Assembly: GCA_015485715.1 (NCBI GenBank)
Contig: WFTA01000033.1
Coordinates: forward strand, 1-36,054
Source of the DNA: Patescibacteria group bacterium
GTDB taxonomy: Bacteria > Patescibacteriota > Patescibacteriia > WFTA01 > S139-112
DNA length: 36,054 bases
Direction: 5' to 3'
Numbering within the stretch: position 1 is the first letter of the stretch; each line of letters starts with the position of its first letter. The notes beneath the pieces are model-generated. The model saw only the letters and a program-made list of their open reading frames with translations, had not been told where the DNA came from and did not search any database. Positions 18,979-28,129 of the stretch are shown one piece after another. Made by a program: the position numbers and the translations under genes.

Positions 18979-20508
18979 ATGTCTTTTTCAGAATTTGAAG
19001 CAGTTATTGGCTTAGAGATACATATCCAACTTAAGACAAAACGCAAAATGTTTTGTTGGTGTTCCAATGACGGGGAAAACCAGCCTCCTAATACTACTAT
19101 ATGCGAGGTATGTTTGGGGCATCCCGGCACCCTTCCTGTACCCAACAAACAAGCCATTAAATGGGCAACCCTGATGGCTCTTGCGTTAAATTGCAAGATA
19201 AACCCTTATCAGTTTTTTGACAGAAAGAATTATTTTTATCCGGATCTGCCCAAGGGCTATCAGATTAGCCAGTTTTCTTATCCCATCGGCTATGACGGTG
19301 TTTTAAGCATACCTCCTGTTAAATCAAAATCTAAGACATATATTGAGGAAATGTCAGATGATATAGACATAGGTATAGAGAGGCTTCATCTTGAGGAAGA
19401 TGCGGCCAAAAATATACATGAAAGTGGGAAGATATTGGTTGATTATAACCGTGCTGGGACGCCTTTGATTGAAATAGTAACAAAGCCGGATTTTAGATCA
19501 CCTCAACATGCGAAAGCTTTTCTGCAGGATCTTCAGCTCATTGCAAGATATTTAGGTATTTCAGATGCTGACATGGAGAAAGGACATCTAAGGTGTGATG
19601 CCAATGTATCCCTTAGACCAAGAGGAGAAGATAGGCTTTATCCTAAAACTGAAATTAAAAATCTAAATTCATTTAAATCTGTGGAAAGAGCTTTGGAGTA
19701 TGAGATTCAAAGGCAATTCAAGCTTTGGCAGGAAGGAAAACAAAACACCCTCACACAGGCTACCAGACTTTGGGATGAAAATACTCAGTCAACCTATGAG
19801 ATGAGAACCAAAGAGACAAGTGAGGATTATAGGTATTTCCCTGAGCCTGATATACCTCCTTTTTATTTTGAAGGAGATAATGTCCTGTTTGATGTAGATG
19901 AGGTAAAAAAAGAAATTGGAGAGCTGCCATATGATAAAAGGAAAAGGTTTGTTAAAGAGTATGGCCTAGATATGGAGTCAGCAAGAGTGCTTACAGCAAG
20001 TGTTATACTGGCAAATTATTTTGAAGAGGTTGTGGAAATACTGCATAGTATGATAGAAGATGAGATTGAGAGCCATGATAATGTATATCAGTATATAGGC
20101 AAGCAGACATCCAAGTGGATTGTCAATAAACTGGCAGGTGTTTTGTCAGGAAAAGGAAAGTCTTTAGATGAAAATCCTGTATCTGTTGAACATATGTCGG
20201 AGTTTATGAAGCTGGTTGTAAAAAGAGAGATAAATTCAACTGTTGCTCAGAAAGTTCTGGAGAAGATGGTATCAGAGGGCCTGTCGCCACAAGAGATTTT
20301 AGAATCAGAAGATCTTGCAGGTAGAGTAGAGGATTTGAGTAAAATAGTTGATGAAGTGCTCTCAGAAAACCCTGCAGAGGTTGAGAAATATAGACAGGGA
20401 AAAACTGCTTTGCTACAATTCTTTTTAGGGCAGGTAATGAAAAAAACACAAGGCAAAGCAGATCCACAGGAGGCAACAGAACTTTTGAAAAACAGATTAG
20501 AAAAATAA
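18979..20508 (+). CDS. gatB: Asp-tRNA(Asn)/Glu-tRNA(Gln) amidotransferase subunit B
   Basis: IGLEIHIQL, RKNYFYPDLPKGYQISQ, HLEEDA, YRYFPEPD, GQVMK...GKADP. Confidence 0.97.
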   Translation: MSFSEFEAVIGLEIHIQLKTKRKMFCWCSNDGENQPPNTTICEVCLGHPGTLPVPNKQAIKWATLMALALNCKINPYQFFDRKNYFYPDLPKGYQISQFSYPIGYDGVLSIPPVKSKSKTYIEEMSDDIDIGIERLHLEEDAAKNIHESGKILVDYNRAGTPLIEIVTKPDFRSPQHAKAFLQDLQLIARYLGISDADMEKGHLRCDANVSLRPRGEDRLYPKTEIKNLNSFKSVERALEYEIQRQFKLWQEGKQNTLTQATRLWDENTQSTYEMRTKETSEDYRYFPEPDIPPFYFEGDNVLFDVDEVKKEIGELPYDKRKRFVKEYGLDMESARVLTASVILANYFEEVVEILHSMIEDEIESHDNVYQYIGKQTSKWIVNKLAGVLSGKGKSLDENPVSVEHMSEFMKLVVKREINSTVAQKVLEKMVSEGLSPQEILESEDLAGRVEDLSKIVDEVLSENPAEVEKYRQGKTALLQFFLGQVMKKTQGKADPQEATELLKNRLEK

Positions 20509-20529
20509 AAAAATTCAAAAGTCAAAATT

Positions 20530-20647
20530 CAACCCAGTCCCACCTAGCTCCACTTTTTGAGGTAAATCCTGCTATAAAGCCAATGGGTATGTAATTTGAT
20601 TTAAAGCAACATATCTGCAGATAATGTTGAAAAGTGGGGCTGGATTG
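20530..20647. mobile_element. MITE-like repeat, copy 2 (inverted relative to copy 1; partly duplicated left end)
   Basis: CAACCCAGTCCCAC-CTAGCTCCACTTTTT...AAAAGTGGGGCTGGATTG. Confidence 0.8.
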
Positions 20648-20713
20648 AAAATTGGTAAATTGATGAATTATTTTGGGGTTTGTTTAGGATTTAGGATTTC
20701 GGATTTAGGATTT
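20648..20713 (+). repeat. Heptamer tail (GTAAATT / TTTAGGA runs)
   Basis: Near-identical to 27832-27898 and similar to 5745-5826. Confidence 0.75.
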
Positions 20714-20804
20714 CATTTTTAGAATAATACAGATTAATAACGCTACTTAACAAACATTAAAAAACAATATTGATTTAATCCTCTATAACATCCTAATATA
20801 TATC

Positions 20805-21692
20805 TCAAAACTCTGATATTTCATCTATCAGAACCTGAAGTTCATCTATGGTTATGTGTTGATCAGTGTCTGTATAGGATGTTCCCACTTCTATCAAAAT
20901 ACCATCATAGAGATACCCGTCTTGCGTCTTCATCTGCATAGCCTTTACTGTTTCATCAACAATCTCGTCTCTCTTTTTAGGGCCCAGTGAATGACTGGGA
21001 TCAAAAAACAATCTGCTTCCTGTCTCAAGTTTTACTTTTTCAGCCAGTTGATGAACAGGTGCAGACCTGTAATCACCCTTATCTGGTGTATCTACACCTC
21101 TATGAATCAAAAAATAATCAGCACCTGCACTTTTAGTGTAAGATATCACGCCTTTCCAAGTTTTTTCCAAAACACTTTCTTCTGATCTATTTTCTCCATT
21201 CTGAGACAAAAGCAAATTTGACCATTTGGGATTTTTAAGACCTATCTGCCAGCTATATTCTCTGGCATATCTTGCCATCTCATATATATGCCAGCCCAGC
21301 TGGGCAGGAGCCGGGTTCCACAAAATAAATTCTCCCTCTCCCAGCTTTTTCGCGTACAAAGGAAGCTGAATATGGGGCAAAACTATCTCTGATGCAATTA
21401 CAAGCCCTGTGTCTTTTCTCACCTTTTCTGCTATTTCTATGCTTGGAAGCATATCCCACTCATCAGAGGATACACCTTTAATTGCCTTATCCAAATTTGC
21501 AAGTGCGCTTTCTACATCCATTCCCATACTTTCCGAACTTGAAGAAAAATTTGTCCTTGATTTAAGACCTACCACTCTCAGACCATATACAGCCCTTTTG
21601 CCTCCAGTCTTTAGATCAGCTATTTTATACAGCTCTTCAATATTGTTTTTATTTACAGAACACGGTCCTGCTATTATCTTTACCTCCTGCAT
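20805..21692 (-). CDS. Divergent class I DAHP synthase / KDO8P synthase family protein
   Basis: IIAGPCSV, K.RT, LKN, HRG, DPSH, DGILIEV motifs; aromatic attenuator upstream favours DAHP synthase. Confidence 0.75.
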   Translation of the reverse strand: MQEVKIIAGPCSVNKNNIEELYKIADLKTGGKRAVYGLRVVGLKSRTNFSSSSESMGMDVESALANLDKAIKGVSSDEWDMLPSIEIAEKVRKDTGLVIASEIVLPHIQLPLYAKKLGEGEFILWNPAPAQLGWHIYEMARYAREYSWQIGLKNPKWSNLLLSQNGENRSEESVLEKTWKGVISYTKSAGADYFLIHRGVDTPDKGDYRSAPVHQLAEKVKLETGSRLFFDPSHSLGPKKRDEIVDETVKAMQMKTQDGYLYDGILIEVGTSYTDTDQHITIDELQVLIDEISEF

Positions 21693-21696
21693 ATAC

Positions 21697-22626
21697 TCAT
21701 GAATTTAATTCTAAATTCCTTTCTAAAACCCTGCTCCTTATTTTATCCAAAATACCATTTTTTAAAGCTTTATTCAAATCATCACAGGAAGGAAGAGCTG
21801 AACTGTTTCCAAATTTCGTACAGTGCATAGCTGATGCAAAATTTGCAAATCTGCATGCTCTCTCCATATCAAGGCCCCTCAAAAGTGCATAAGCAAATGC
21901 TCCTCTGAACACATCTCCTGCCCCCAAAGTATCTACTGCATTAACACTATAGGCCGGAATATGCAAAATCTCTTTCTCACGGCAAATGTAAGAGCCTGAT
22001 CCACCTGCAGTGATAACCAAATCTTTCTCAACTATCCTGCGTATTGCACTGGCATTAAACATCCAATTACTCTTGGCATCAAATTGTTTAACTGCCTCTA
22101 TGGATATAACAGGATGAGTAGAATGCCTGAGCATTCTAAATGCCTTATGGCTTATCTCAACTGATGTATCTACAATTAAAATACTATTCTTTTTCCTGTG
22201 TTTTACAACATACATAAAAGCCCTGAAACTGTTTCTGTCAAAAATAAACAAATCACTTGAGGCATCTCTATATGATATCCTGACAGGTTTCCTGTATTCA
22301 ATAGGAGATTTAATTCCTGTACGGGTGCCGCTGGCAGTATTGATAAGATAGGTATGGACTTTAGTGCGTTTCTGAATATTCTCTATTACTTTTACCTTTT
22401 CCCTGACCAATGTCATCTTGGCCCTTTTTCCGTAAGCATCTCTGCCTATATTGCCGTATAGTGTTGTATCTATACCCATACGGGATAAAAAAAGTGCAGC
22501 TATAGCAGATGGTCCTCCCACAGAGTAGACAACCTTGCTTGGTGCATGTTTAAAATCTTCACGCACAAATTCATCAAGTATATATGATTGGTCTATAGTT
22601 ATATCACCTACAGCTACTGCTTTCAT
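21697..22626 (-). CDS. PfkB-family carbohydrate kinase
   Basis: GG.S..AA..L...G, IG.D..G, DTLGAGDVF. Confidence 0.9.
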   Translation of the reverse strand: MKAVAVGDITIDQSYILDEFVREDFKHAPSKVVYSVGGPSAIAALFLSRMGIDTTLYGNIGRDAYGKRAKMTLVREKVKVIENIQKRTKVHTYLINTASGTRTGIKSPIEYRKPVRISYRDASSDLFIFDRNSFRAFMYVVKHRKKNSILIVDTSVEISHKAFRMLRHSTHPVISIEAVKQFDAKSNWMFNASAIRRIVEKDLVITAGGSGSYICREKEILHIPAYSVNAVDTLGAGDVFRGAFAYALLRGLDMERACRFANFASAMHCTKFGNSSALPSCDDLNKALKNGILDKIRSRVLERNLELNS

Positions 22627-22640
22627 ATGACTTCATAAAT

Positions 22641-22668
22641 TAAAAAAGCCGCCTATATTTGGCGGCTA
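22641..22668 (-). terminator. Attenuator terminator
   Basis: Minus strand AGCCGCC-AAATATA-GGCGGCT followed by a T run, ~15 nt before the PfkB start. Confidence 0.85.
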
Positions 22669-22694
22669 TCAAAAAATCCTGAAAAATACCTAAA

Positions 22695-22799
22695 CTAGCC
22701 GCCTAAGGCGAACCAAAAATAAAAAAATCCAAAATAGAAATTTTGGTTTCCAAAACTTTTTCTACAATTATCTATCTTTTTATTATCTGCTTTTTTCAT
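22695..22799 (-). CDS. Aromatic amino acid attenuator leader peptide (34 aa)
   Basis: Manual translation MKKADNKKIDNCRKSFGNQNFYFGFFYFWFALGG; overlaps antiterminator arm GGCGGCTA. Confidence 0.85.
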   Translation of the reverse strand: MKKADNKKIDNCRKSFGNQNFYFGFFYFWFALGG

Positions 22800-22808
22800 A
22801 GCAATTTT

Positions 22809-22850
22809 ATAATATCACAAATATTAAATTATGCAATACATTTATCCACA
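22809..22850 (-). promoter_or_regulatory. Promoter of the leader peptide with adjacent DnaA box
   Basis: TTGCAT(22836-22831)-16 nt-TATTAT(22814-22809) with TGn extension; TTATCCACA at 22842-22850 on the + strand. Confidence 0.55.
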
Positions 22851-22859
22851 AAAGTCTTG

Positions 22860-23873
22860 TTATAGGCCGCATATTTTATTTACTTCTATTTTAGAAAGTG
22901 TCTCTTTCGTGGGTATTTTTTTTAAAATACCATATTTTGCGCCTATTTCAGATACTACCTGAGCAGCATTAAGCGCTGCCAATCTTAGCGCATACTCTAT
23001 ATCACCATTTTCTCTATACAGCCCTGCTACAAATGATGAACCAAAAGTATCACCAGCACCTGTTGCATCCTTCACCTCTCTGGCCAAAGATGGAACAAAG
23101 TAAATATTGTTATCAAAACCATCAACCCCATACACAGCATAGGCTCCTCTTGCTCCGTCAGTAATCACAACATATCCTGTGGTAGTAAGTATAATATCAG
23201 CAAACAGGGCCTTGATATCTGATATTTTATCCTCTCCAGCAAGCATGGCTGCCTCTCTTCTGTTTAAAATAAGAACATCTATATTTCTAAATATCGGGAG
23301 CAATTGCTTTACCCCCGCTCCGAGTTCGTCTTTTCCGGGATTTATTGCAACCTTCATACTTTTTCTCTTGGCAACAGAAATAATTTTCTCCAAAATATTC
23401 AAATCTCCTCCCAAAGATGTTATATAAATCCAGTGTGATTCAATTTTCCTTAGTGGAATATCTTTGAGCTTCATATTTCTAGACGCTCCTCTATAGATAA
23501 AAGCAGTCCTATCCCCCCATCTTGTAAGCATAACTGTAGAGTAAGCTGTATTTAAAATCTTATCCACTACTACATATTTCCTGTCTATCTTTGCTTTTTT
23601 CAGAAAATCAAGTATGGTCCTGCCTACTATATCATCTCCTATTTTTGAAATTAAGGCAGTTTTGTACCCAAAAGATCTAAATACATAAGCTGAATTAGTA
23701 CCTCCTCCACCAACAGAAAAGTGAATACTTTCTATATCTATCTTATCCCCAACATAAAAACACTCCTTTTTTGTAGTGGTAACTTCGTCCACAGGTACAG
23801 ATATATCCTCCAGTCCCTTGCAGATCAATATTACATCCTGTGTAGCTGAACCTATACTTACAAAGTCAAACAT
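22860..23873 (-). CDS. PfkB-family carbohydrate kinase
   Basis: GGGGTNSA, NPG, ILNRREA, DATGAGDTF. Confidence 0.92.
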   Translation of the reverse strand: MFDFVSIGSATQDVILICKGLEDISVPVDEVTTTKKECFYVGDKIDIESIHFSVGGGGTNSAYVFRSFGYKTALISKIGDDIVGRTILDFLKKAKIDRKYVVVDKILNTAYSTVMLTRWGDRTAFIYRGASRNMKLKDIPLRKIESHWIYITSLGGDLNILEKIISVAKRKSMKVAINPGKDELGAGVKQLLPIFRNIDVLILNRREAAMLAGEDKISDIKALFADIILTTTGYVVITDGARGAYAVYGVDGFDNNIYFVPSLAREVKDATGAGDTFGSSFVAGLYRENGDIEYALRLAALNAAQVVSEIGAKYGILKKIPTKETLSKIEVNKICGL

Positions 23874-23884
23874 AACATAAACTA

Positions 23885-24150
23885 TAAATACTAAATTCTA
23901 AATTCTAAATTCGAAACACTAAATAACCTTAAAATCCTAAATTCTAAACAATTCCAAAATTCAAAATCCTAAACAATAACCAATAACCCAGTTTAATAAA
24001 TGTCAAATGACAAAGCTCAAATGACAAATTAATGACAAATGTCAAAATCTAAACCGTCATTATTATTATTATTTGACATTTGGATTTTGGAATTTGGAAT
24101 TCTATATAGGTTTGAGTTAATTAGGAATTAGGGTAATTATATATAAAATT
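23885..24150 (-). repeat. AT-rich heptamer cassette on the minus strand
   Basis: Reverse complement of the 18630-18780 core plus a CTAAATT (TTTAG-type) tail next to the downstream start codon. Confidence 0.75.
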
Positions 24151-24170
24151 AAATCTGATTAATAATTCAT

Positions 24171-25175
24171 TTATATTTTCCTTGGTTTTATTTTAGGATA
24201 TTTTCTAATCATCTTTCTAATCCCTGCCTCTGTTAAAAGGCCTTTTTGGGCTCCTGTGTACTGAACTACAGAAGTCGCATTGGCATTGCCCCACAGCAAG
24301 GCTTCAGATACAGACTTACCTCTTATCAAAGCCGCTGTAAATCCTATGGAAAAGCTATCACCAGCACCTGTTCTCTCTTTTGCCTTCAATGGATATGCTT
24401 TTATATACCAGGTATCACTGCCGTCATGCACATAAGCACCATTGGGTCCGTCTGTTATCACCACAATATGCGGACCTAGTTCGTAAAGTCCTCTGGCAAG
24501 ATGTTTAACCCACATCTTAACTTCTCTATTTGTGGATTTTACAGAAATAGGCTTTTCATCCAAAAGTATAGCCGCCTCTTCTTTATTGAGAAGTATGAGG
24601 TATGATGAACAAAGTATTTCATACAGATTATCTCTACCCTCTCTTAATTGATATGTACCGGGTTGAAAAACCAGATTAATATTTTCTTTATCTACCAAAT
24701 CCTTTATCTGCCTATGAACTTTAGAATGATCAGGGCCAAGTGATGAATAATATATCCATTTAGTCTTTAATTTTTTGGGCAAATTATATCTCCACTTTTC
24801 ATGCTTAACTATAATAGTTCTTTCTGCACCATAATTTAAAACAACTGAGTAATTGGACGTCCTTCCTCTTTCTATCTTTACATATCTGGTGTTTACTTTT
24901 TCTTTTTGGAAAACTTTTAAAATACTCTCACCCACCAAATCATCTCCTATATGTGTATATATTGCAGTGTTCAGCCCCAGTCGTGCCGCACCAACAGCTG
25001 CATTGGCACTATTCCCTACTCCCGGAACTTGTGTTACTTTTTTGGCAGGAATTTTATCTGCCCAAGACAAGCACAAAAGGCATTTATTCGGCTTAATATC
25101 ACACAATACAGAAGCTTCATCTATTTCTACAAATGTGTCATGAGTTGAATCTCCTATAGATATTAGGTCAAACAT
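24171..25175 (-). CDS. PfkB-family carbohydrate kinase
   Basis: GNSANAAVG.ARLG, LNKEEA, ERTGAGDSF. Confidence 0.92.
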   Translation of the reverse strand: MFDLISIGDSTHDTFVEIDEASVLCDIKPNKCLLCLSWADKIPAKKVTQVPGVGNSANAAVGAARLGLNTAIYTHIGDDLVGESILKVFQKEKVNTRYVKIERGRTSNYSVVLNYGAERTIIVKHEKWRYNLPKKLKTKWIYYSSLGPDHSKVHRQIKDLVDKENINLVFQPGTYQLREGRDNLYEILCSSYLILLNKEEAAILLDEKPISVKSTNREVKMWVKHLARGLYELGPHIVVITDGPNGAYVHDGSDTWYIKAYPLKAKERTGAGDSFSIGFTAALIRGKSVSEALLWGNANATSVVQYTGAQKGLLTEAGIRKMIRKYPKIKPRKI

Positions 25176-25179
25176 ACTA

Positions 25180-25652
25180 CAGAATTTTTAATTTTTAATT
25201 TAATAATTTTATAAACAATTTTTAAATATCTAATTAAAAAATACCTAATTTTAAACATTTCTTACAATCTTGGAAAATATAAGTACAAACTGGTGTGCTT
25301 CGTCCCATAAATCCATCCATTCTATTTTTTTATCTTTCCTGGCCACTGATAACATTCTTAACCACTGTTTGGTTTCATTTGTCTCCTCTAAACAAATACG
25401 TATTTTATTTTTAAAATCCCTTTTTGAAGAAGCTTGGTTGGCTTCCATGTAATTAGCTCCTATACTAGTTGCTGATTTTACAAGCTGATTTATTAAAGGC
25501 TGGCTAACAGTATCAATTGGAATTGACTTACAAAATAATATAATATTTTCTCCAAACTTAGCAGTTCGTTCTTCTAGGTCGTATTGCATATTTTAAAAAT
25601 TAAAAATTGAGATATTATTTATAAAATTAAAAATTATAAAATTAGAAATTAT
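25180..25652. repeat. Imperfect inverted AT-rich arms (25180-25236 and 25594-25652) enclosing the four-helix-bundle gene
   Basis: AATTTTTAATTTTTAATT..AATTTTATAAACAAT...ATATCTAATT versus AATTGAGATATTATTTATAAAATTAAAAATTATAAAATTAGAAATT. Confidence 0.7.
25251..25589 (-). CDS. Four-helix-bundle protein (TIGR02436 / 23S rRNA IVS protein family)
   Basis: YDLEERT..F, QL.KS.TSIGANYMEA....SKRDF..KI.I...E..ET..WL. Confidence 0.9.
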   Translation of the reverse strand: MQYDLEERTAKFGENIILFCKSIPIDTVSQPLINQLVKSATSIGANYMEANQASSKRDFKNKIRICLEETNETKQWLRMLSVARKDKKIEWMDLWDEAHQFVLIFSKIVRNV

Positions 25653-25659
25653 CTCTATC

Positions 25660-26646
25660 TTATTTTAATTTTATTATACTTTTCACCTTTTCCACAACCG
25701 CATCTCTGTTGAGCTTGTACTCTTTCAAAAGTTCATCAGGTGTTCCTGACTCACCAAATGTATCTTCCACACCCACTCTCTCTATATAGACAGGATATTC
25801 TCTGGATAAAAATTCAGCTATAGCTCCGCCCAGACCCCCTGCCATCTGGTGTTCCTCTACTGTCACCACTGCCCCTGTTTTCTTTGCAGATCTTAAGATA
25901 GTTTTTTCATCTAAAGGCTTTATGGTATGAGAATTTATAACTTCGCAGTCTATCTTATACTTTTTATACAAATGTTCTGCAGCAGCCAGTGCCTCATACA
26001 CCAGAGGGCCACACGCAATAATACTAACATCTCCGCCTTCTCTATAAACTACAGCTTTGCCTATTTTAAAAGGGGTTTTTGGAGTTGTGATGATAGGAGT
26101 TTTCTCTCTAGCAAACCTGATATAGACAGGACCTTTTATCTTTGCTGCAGCAACAGTAGCTTTAGCAGTCTCTATAGAATCGCAAGGAGCAATAACAGTC
26201 ATATTGGGTAAAACTCTGGTAATAGCTATATCTTCCAAAGCCTGATGCGTAGCACCGTCAGGGCCTACTGATATACCGCTGTGAGCTCCCGCAATCTTCA
26301 CATTGGCATTAGAATAGCAGATAGACACTCTTATCTGATCCCAGTTTCTGCCCGGTGAAAATACAGCATAAGATGAGATAAAAGGTATTTTGCCGGCAAA
26401 AGACATACCTGCTGCTATTCCTGCCATATTCTGCTCTGCAACACCTATTTCTACAAATCTGTCTGGAAACTTATCCTCAAACATCTTAGATCTTGTAGAA
26501 TCTTTCAAATCACAGCAAAGAACTACTACATTTTTATCCCTTTTCCCGGCTTCTACCAACCCTCTTCCATAACCATTTCTGGTCGGTTCCATCTCAATAT
26601 TCTTGCTAAAAAGTTTTGGATTCAAATAAGCCTTTTTGTTCAACAT
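25660..26646 (-). CDS. Transketolase, C-terminal subunit
   Basis: GVAEQNM, G.SVGPDGATHQALED, TIKPLD, TVEEHQ..GGLG. Confidence 0.95.
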   Translation of the reverse strand: MLNKKAYLNPKLFSKNIEMEPTRNGYGRGLVEAGKRDKNVVVLCCDLKDSTRSKMFEDKFPDRFVEIGVAEQNMAGIAAGMSFAGKIPFISSYAVFSPGRNWDQIRVSICYSNANVKIAGAHSGISVGPDGATHQALEDIAITRVLPNMTVIAPCDSIETAKATVAAAKIKGPVYIRFAREKTPIITTPKTPFKIGKAVVYREGGDVSIIACGPLVYEALAAAEHLYKKYKIDCEVINSHTIKPLDEKTILRSAKKTGAVVTVEEHQMAGGLGGAIAEFLSREYPVYIERVGVEDTFGESGTPDELLKEYKLNRDAVVEKVKSIIKLK

Positions 26647-26649
26647 AAG

Positions 26650-26740
26650 AATTTTTAATTTTTAATTTTACAATTTTTAAACAAATTAAATAAATCTATT
26701 TAAAGTTTGGAAAATTGTAAATTGTGAATTTGAAAATTTA
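26650..26740. repeat. Empty inverted heptamer cassette between the transketolase halves
   Basis: AATTTTTAATTTTTAATTTTACAATTTTTAAAC...GTTTGGAAAATTGTAAATTGTGAATTTGAAAATT. Confidence 0.7.
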
Positions 26741-26746
26741 TAACTC

Positions 26747-27607
26747 CTACTCACTGTCTCCACAGACTATTCGTCCTTCCATACTGCGCAGGTGTCTGAG
26801 AGCATGCTTAGCTTCTTCTTTCTTCGGTGGTTTGCCGTGCCAATTAAAATCACGTTCCATAAAATGCACACCCTTGCCCGGTATAGTATGGCATATTATG
26901 AGCGTTGGCTTTTCGTATATAGCTTCTGCCTCGTGGCATGCATCTATAATAGCCTCTATATTATGCCCGTCCACCTCCAATACATGCCAGCCAAAAGCTT
27001 CATATTTGTCTCTCAAAGGCTCAAGCGGCATAACATCTTCAGTAAATCCGTCAATCTGGATATTGTTTCTATCCATTAAAGCTGTAAGGTTATAAAGCCT
27101 GTTTTTGGCAGCAAACATAGCAGCTTCCCAAATCTGCCCCTCCTGTTGTTCCCCGTCACTCATTACACAGTATACTCTCCAGCTCGCACCATCCATAAGA
27201 GCAGCCAGCGCCATGCCTGCAGCTTGAGATAGTCCCTGTCCCAGAGGTCCTGATGAATTTTCCACACCCGGAAGCGCTAGATTGTGAGGATGTCCCTGAA
27301 GCCTTGTTCCCAGCTTTCTCAACGTCCAAAGCTCTTTTCTTGGAAAATATCCACATCTGGAAAGTACAGCATAAAGCACAGGAGCTATATGGCCGCAAGA
27401 AAGCACCAGCCTATCCCTGTCTTTCCAATTTGGCTTTTTAGGATCATGCCTCATTACAGCAAAATATAAAGCAGTAAAAACATCTGCCATACCAAGCGGC
27501 CCTGCTGAATGGCCTGATCCTGCTTTTACAAGCATTTTTACTATATCTTGACGGACAGAATTAGCTATTTTTTTAAGCTGTTTTTCAGTGTAATTTTGCT
27601 TAAACAT
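26747..27607 (-). CDS. Transketolase, N-terminal TPP-binding subunit
   Basis: GSGH, DRLVLSCGH, LQGHP, SGPLGQG, SDGE..EG..WEA. Confidence 0.95.
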   Translation of the reverse strand: MFKQNYTEKQLKKIANSVRQDIVKMLVKAGSGHSAGPLGMADVFTALYFAVMRHDPKKPNWKDRDRLVLSCGHIAPVLYAVLSRCGYFPRKELWTLRKLGTRLQGHPHNLALPGVENSSGPLGQGLSQAAGMALAALMDGASWRVYCVMSDGEQQEGQIWEAAMFAAKNRLYNLTALMDRNNIQIDGFTEDVMPLEPLRDKYEAFGWHVLEVDGHNIEAIIDACHEAEAIYEKPTLIICHTIPGKGVHFMERDFNWHGKPPKKEEAKHALRHLRSMEGRIVCGDSE

Positions 27608-27722
27608 ACAACTCCCCTTAATAATATTTGTAATTTAAACACCCTTCCTAATCCTCTTGTAAAAAAATCAAAATTATTATAACATAAATATAGGAAAAAG
27701 AAAAAAGTAATTTCCAAATTTT

Positions 27723-27831
27723 CAACCCAGCCCCACTTTTTGAGATAAATCTATGTTATAAAACCAGAGGGTATATAATTTGATTTAAAGCAACATATCT
27801 GCAGATAATGTTGAAAAGTGGGGCTGGATTG
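27723..27831. mobile_element. MITE-like repeat, copy 3
   Basis: CAACCCAGCCCCACTTTT...AAAAGTGGGGCTGGATTG (17/18 inverted match). Confidence 0.85.
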
Positions 27832-27898
27832 GTAAATTGGAAAATTGGTAAATTATATTTGGGTTTGTTTAGGATTTAGTATTTCGTATTTAGGATTT
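27832..27898 (+). repeat. Heptamer tail directly upstream of tRNA-Met
   Basis: GGTAAATTGGAAAATTGGTAAATT...GTTTAGGATTTAGTATTTCGTATTTAGGATTT. Confidence 0.75.
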
Positions 27899-27907
27899 AC
27901 AAATCAT

Positions 27908-27980
27908 GCCGGTGTAGCTCAGCGGTTAGAGCACAGGCTTCATAAGCCTGGAGTCGTGGGTTCAAATCCCACCACCGGTA
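27908..27980 (+). tRNA. tRNA with CAT anticodon, probably elongator tRNA-Met
   Basis: GCCGGTG/CACCGGT acceptor, CAGGC-TTCATAA-GCCTG, GTGGG-TTCAAAT-CCCAC; lacks fMet features; Ile2 not excluded. Confidence 0.9.
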
Positions 27981-28034
27981 CTAGCAATGTATCATCAACA
28001 AAACATATCTACAGAAAATCACATTGTATAATGA

Positions 28035-28129
28035 GTGGGTTCACCCTGTCACCCCAGTCATTCGACGGGATAAATATGACAGGGTGCCCTGATGTATATC
28101 AGGGCAAATCCCACCACCGGTACTAGCAA
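28035..28129 (+). pseudogene. Duplicated tRNA-Met 3' fragment with a 63-nt nested hairpin insert in the T loop
   Basis: GTGGGTTC[insert]AAATCCCACCACCGGTACTAGCAA; 28105-28129 is identical to 27963-27987. Confidence 0.8.

Noticed and set aside
25251-25589. Diversity-generating retroelement (Avd-like gene)
   Set aside because: No reverse transcriptase, and I saw no TR/VR pair differing only at adenines.
27845-28126. 93-aa ORF
   Set aside because: Runs through repeat DNA, tRNA-Met and its duplicate.
28035-28129. Intron-containing or split tRNA
   Set aside because: No 5' half precedes the fragment and an intact gene is adjacent; the 31459 fragment belongs to a different tRNA.
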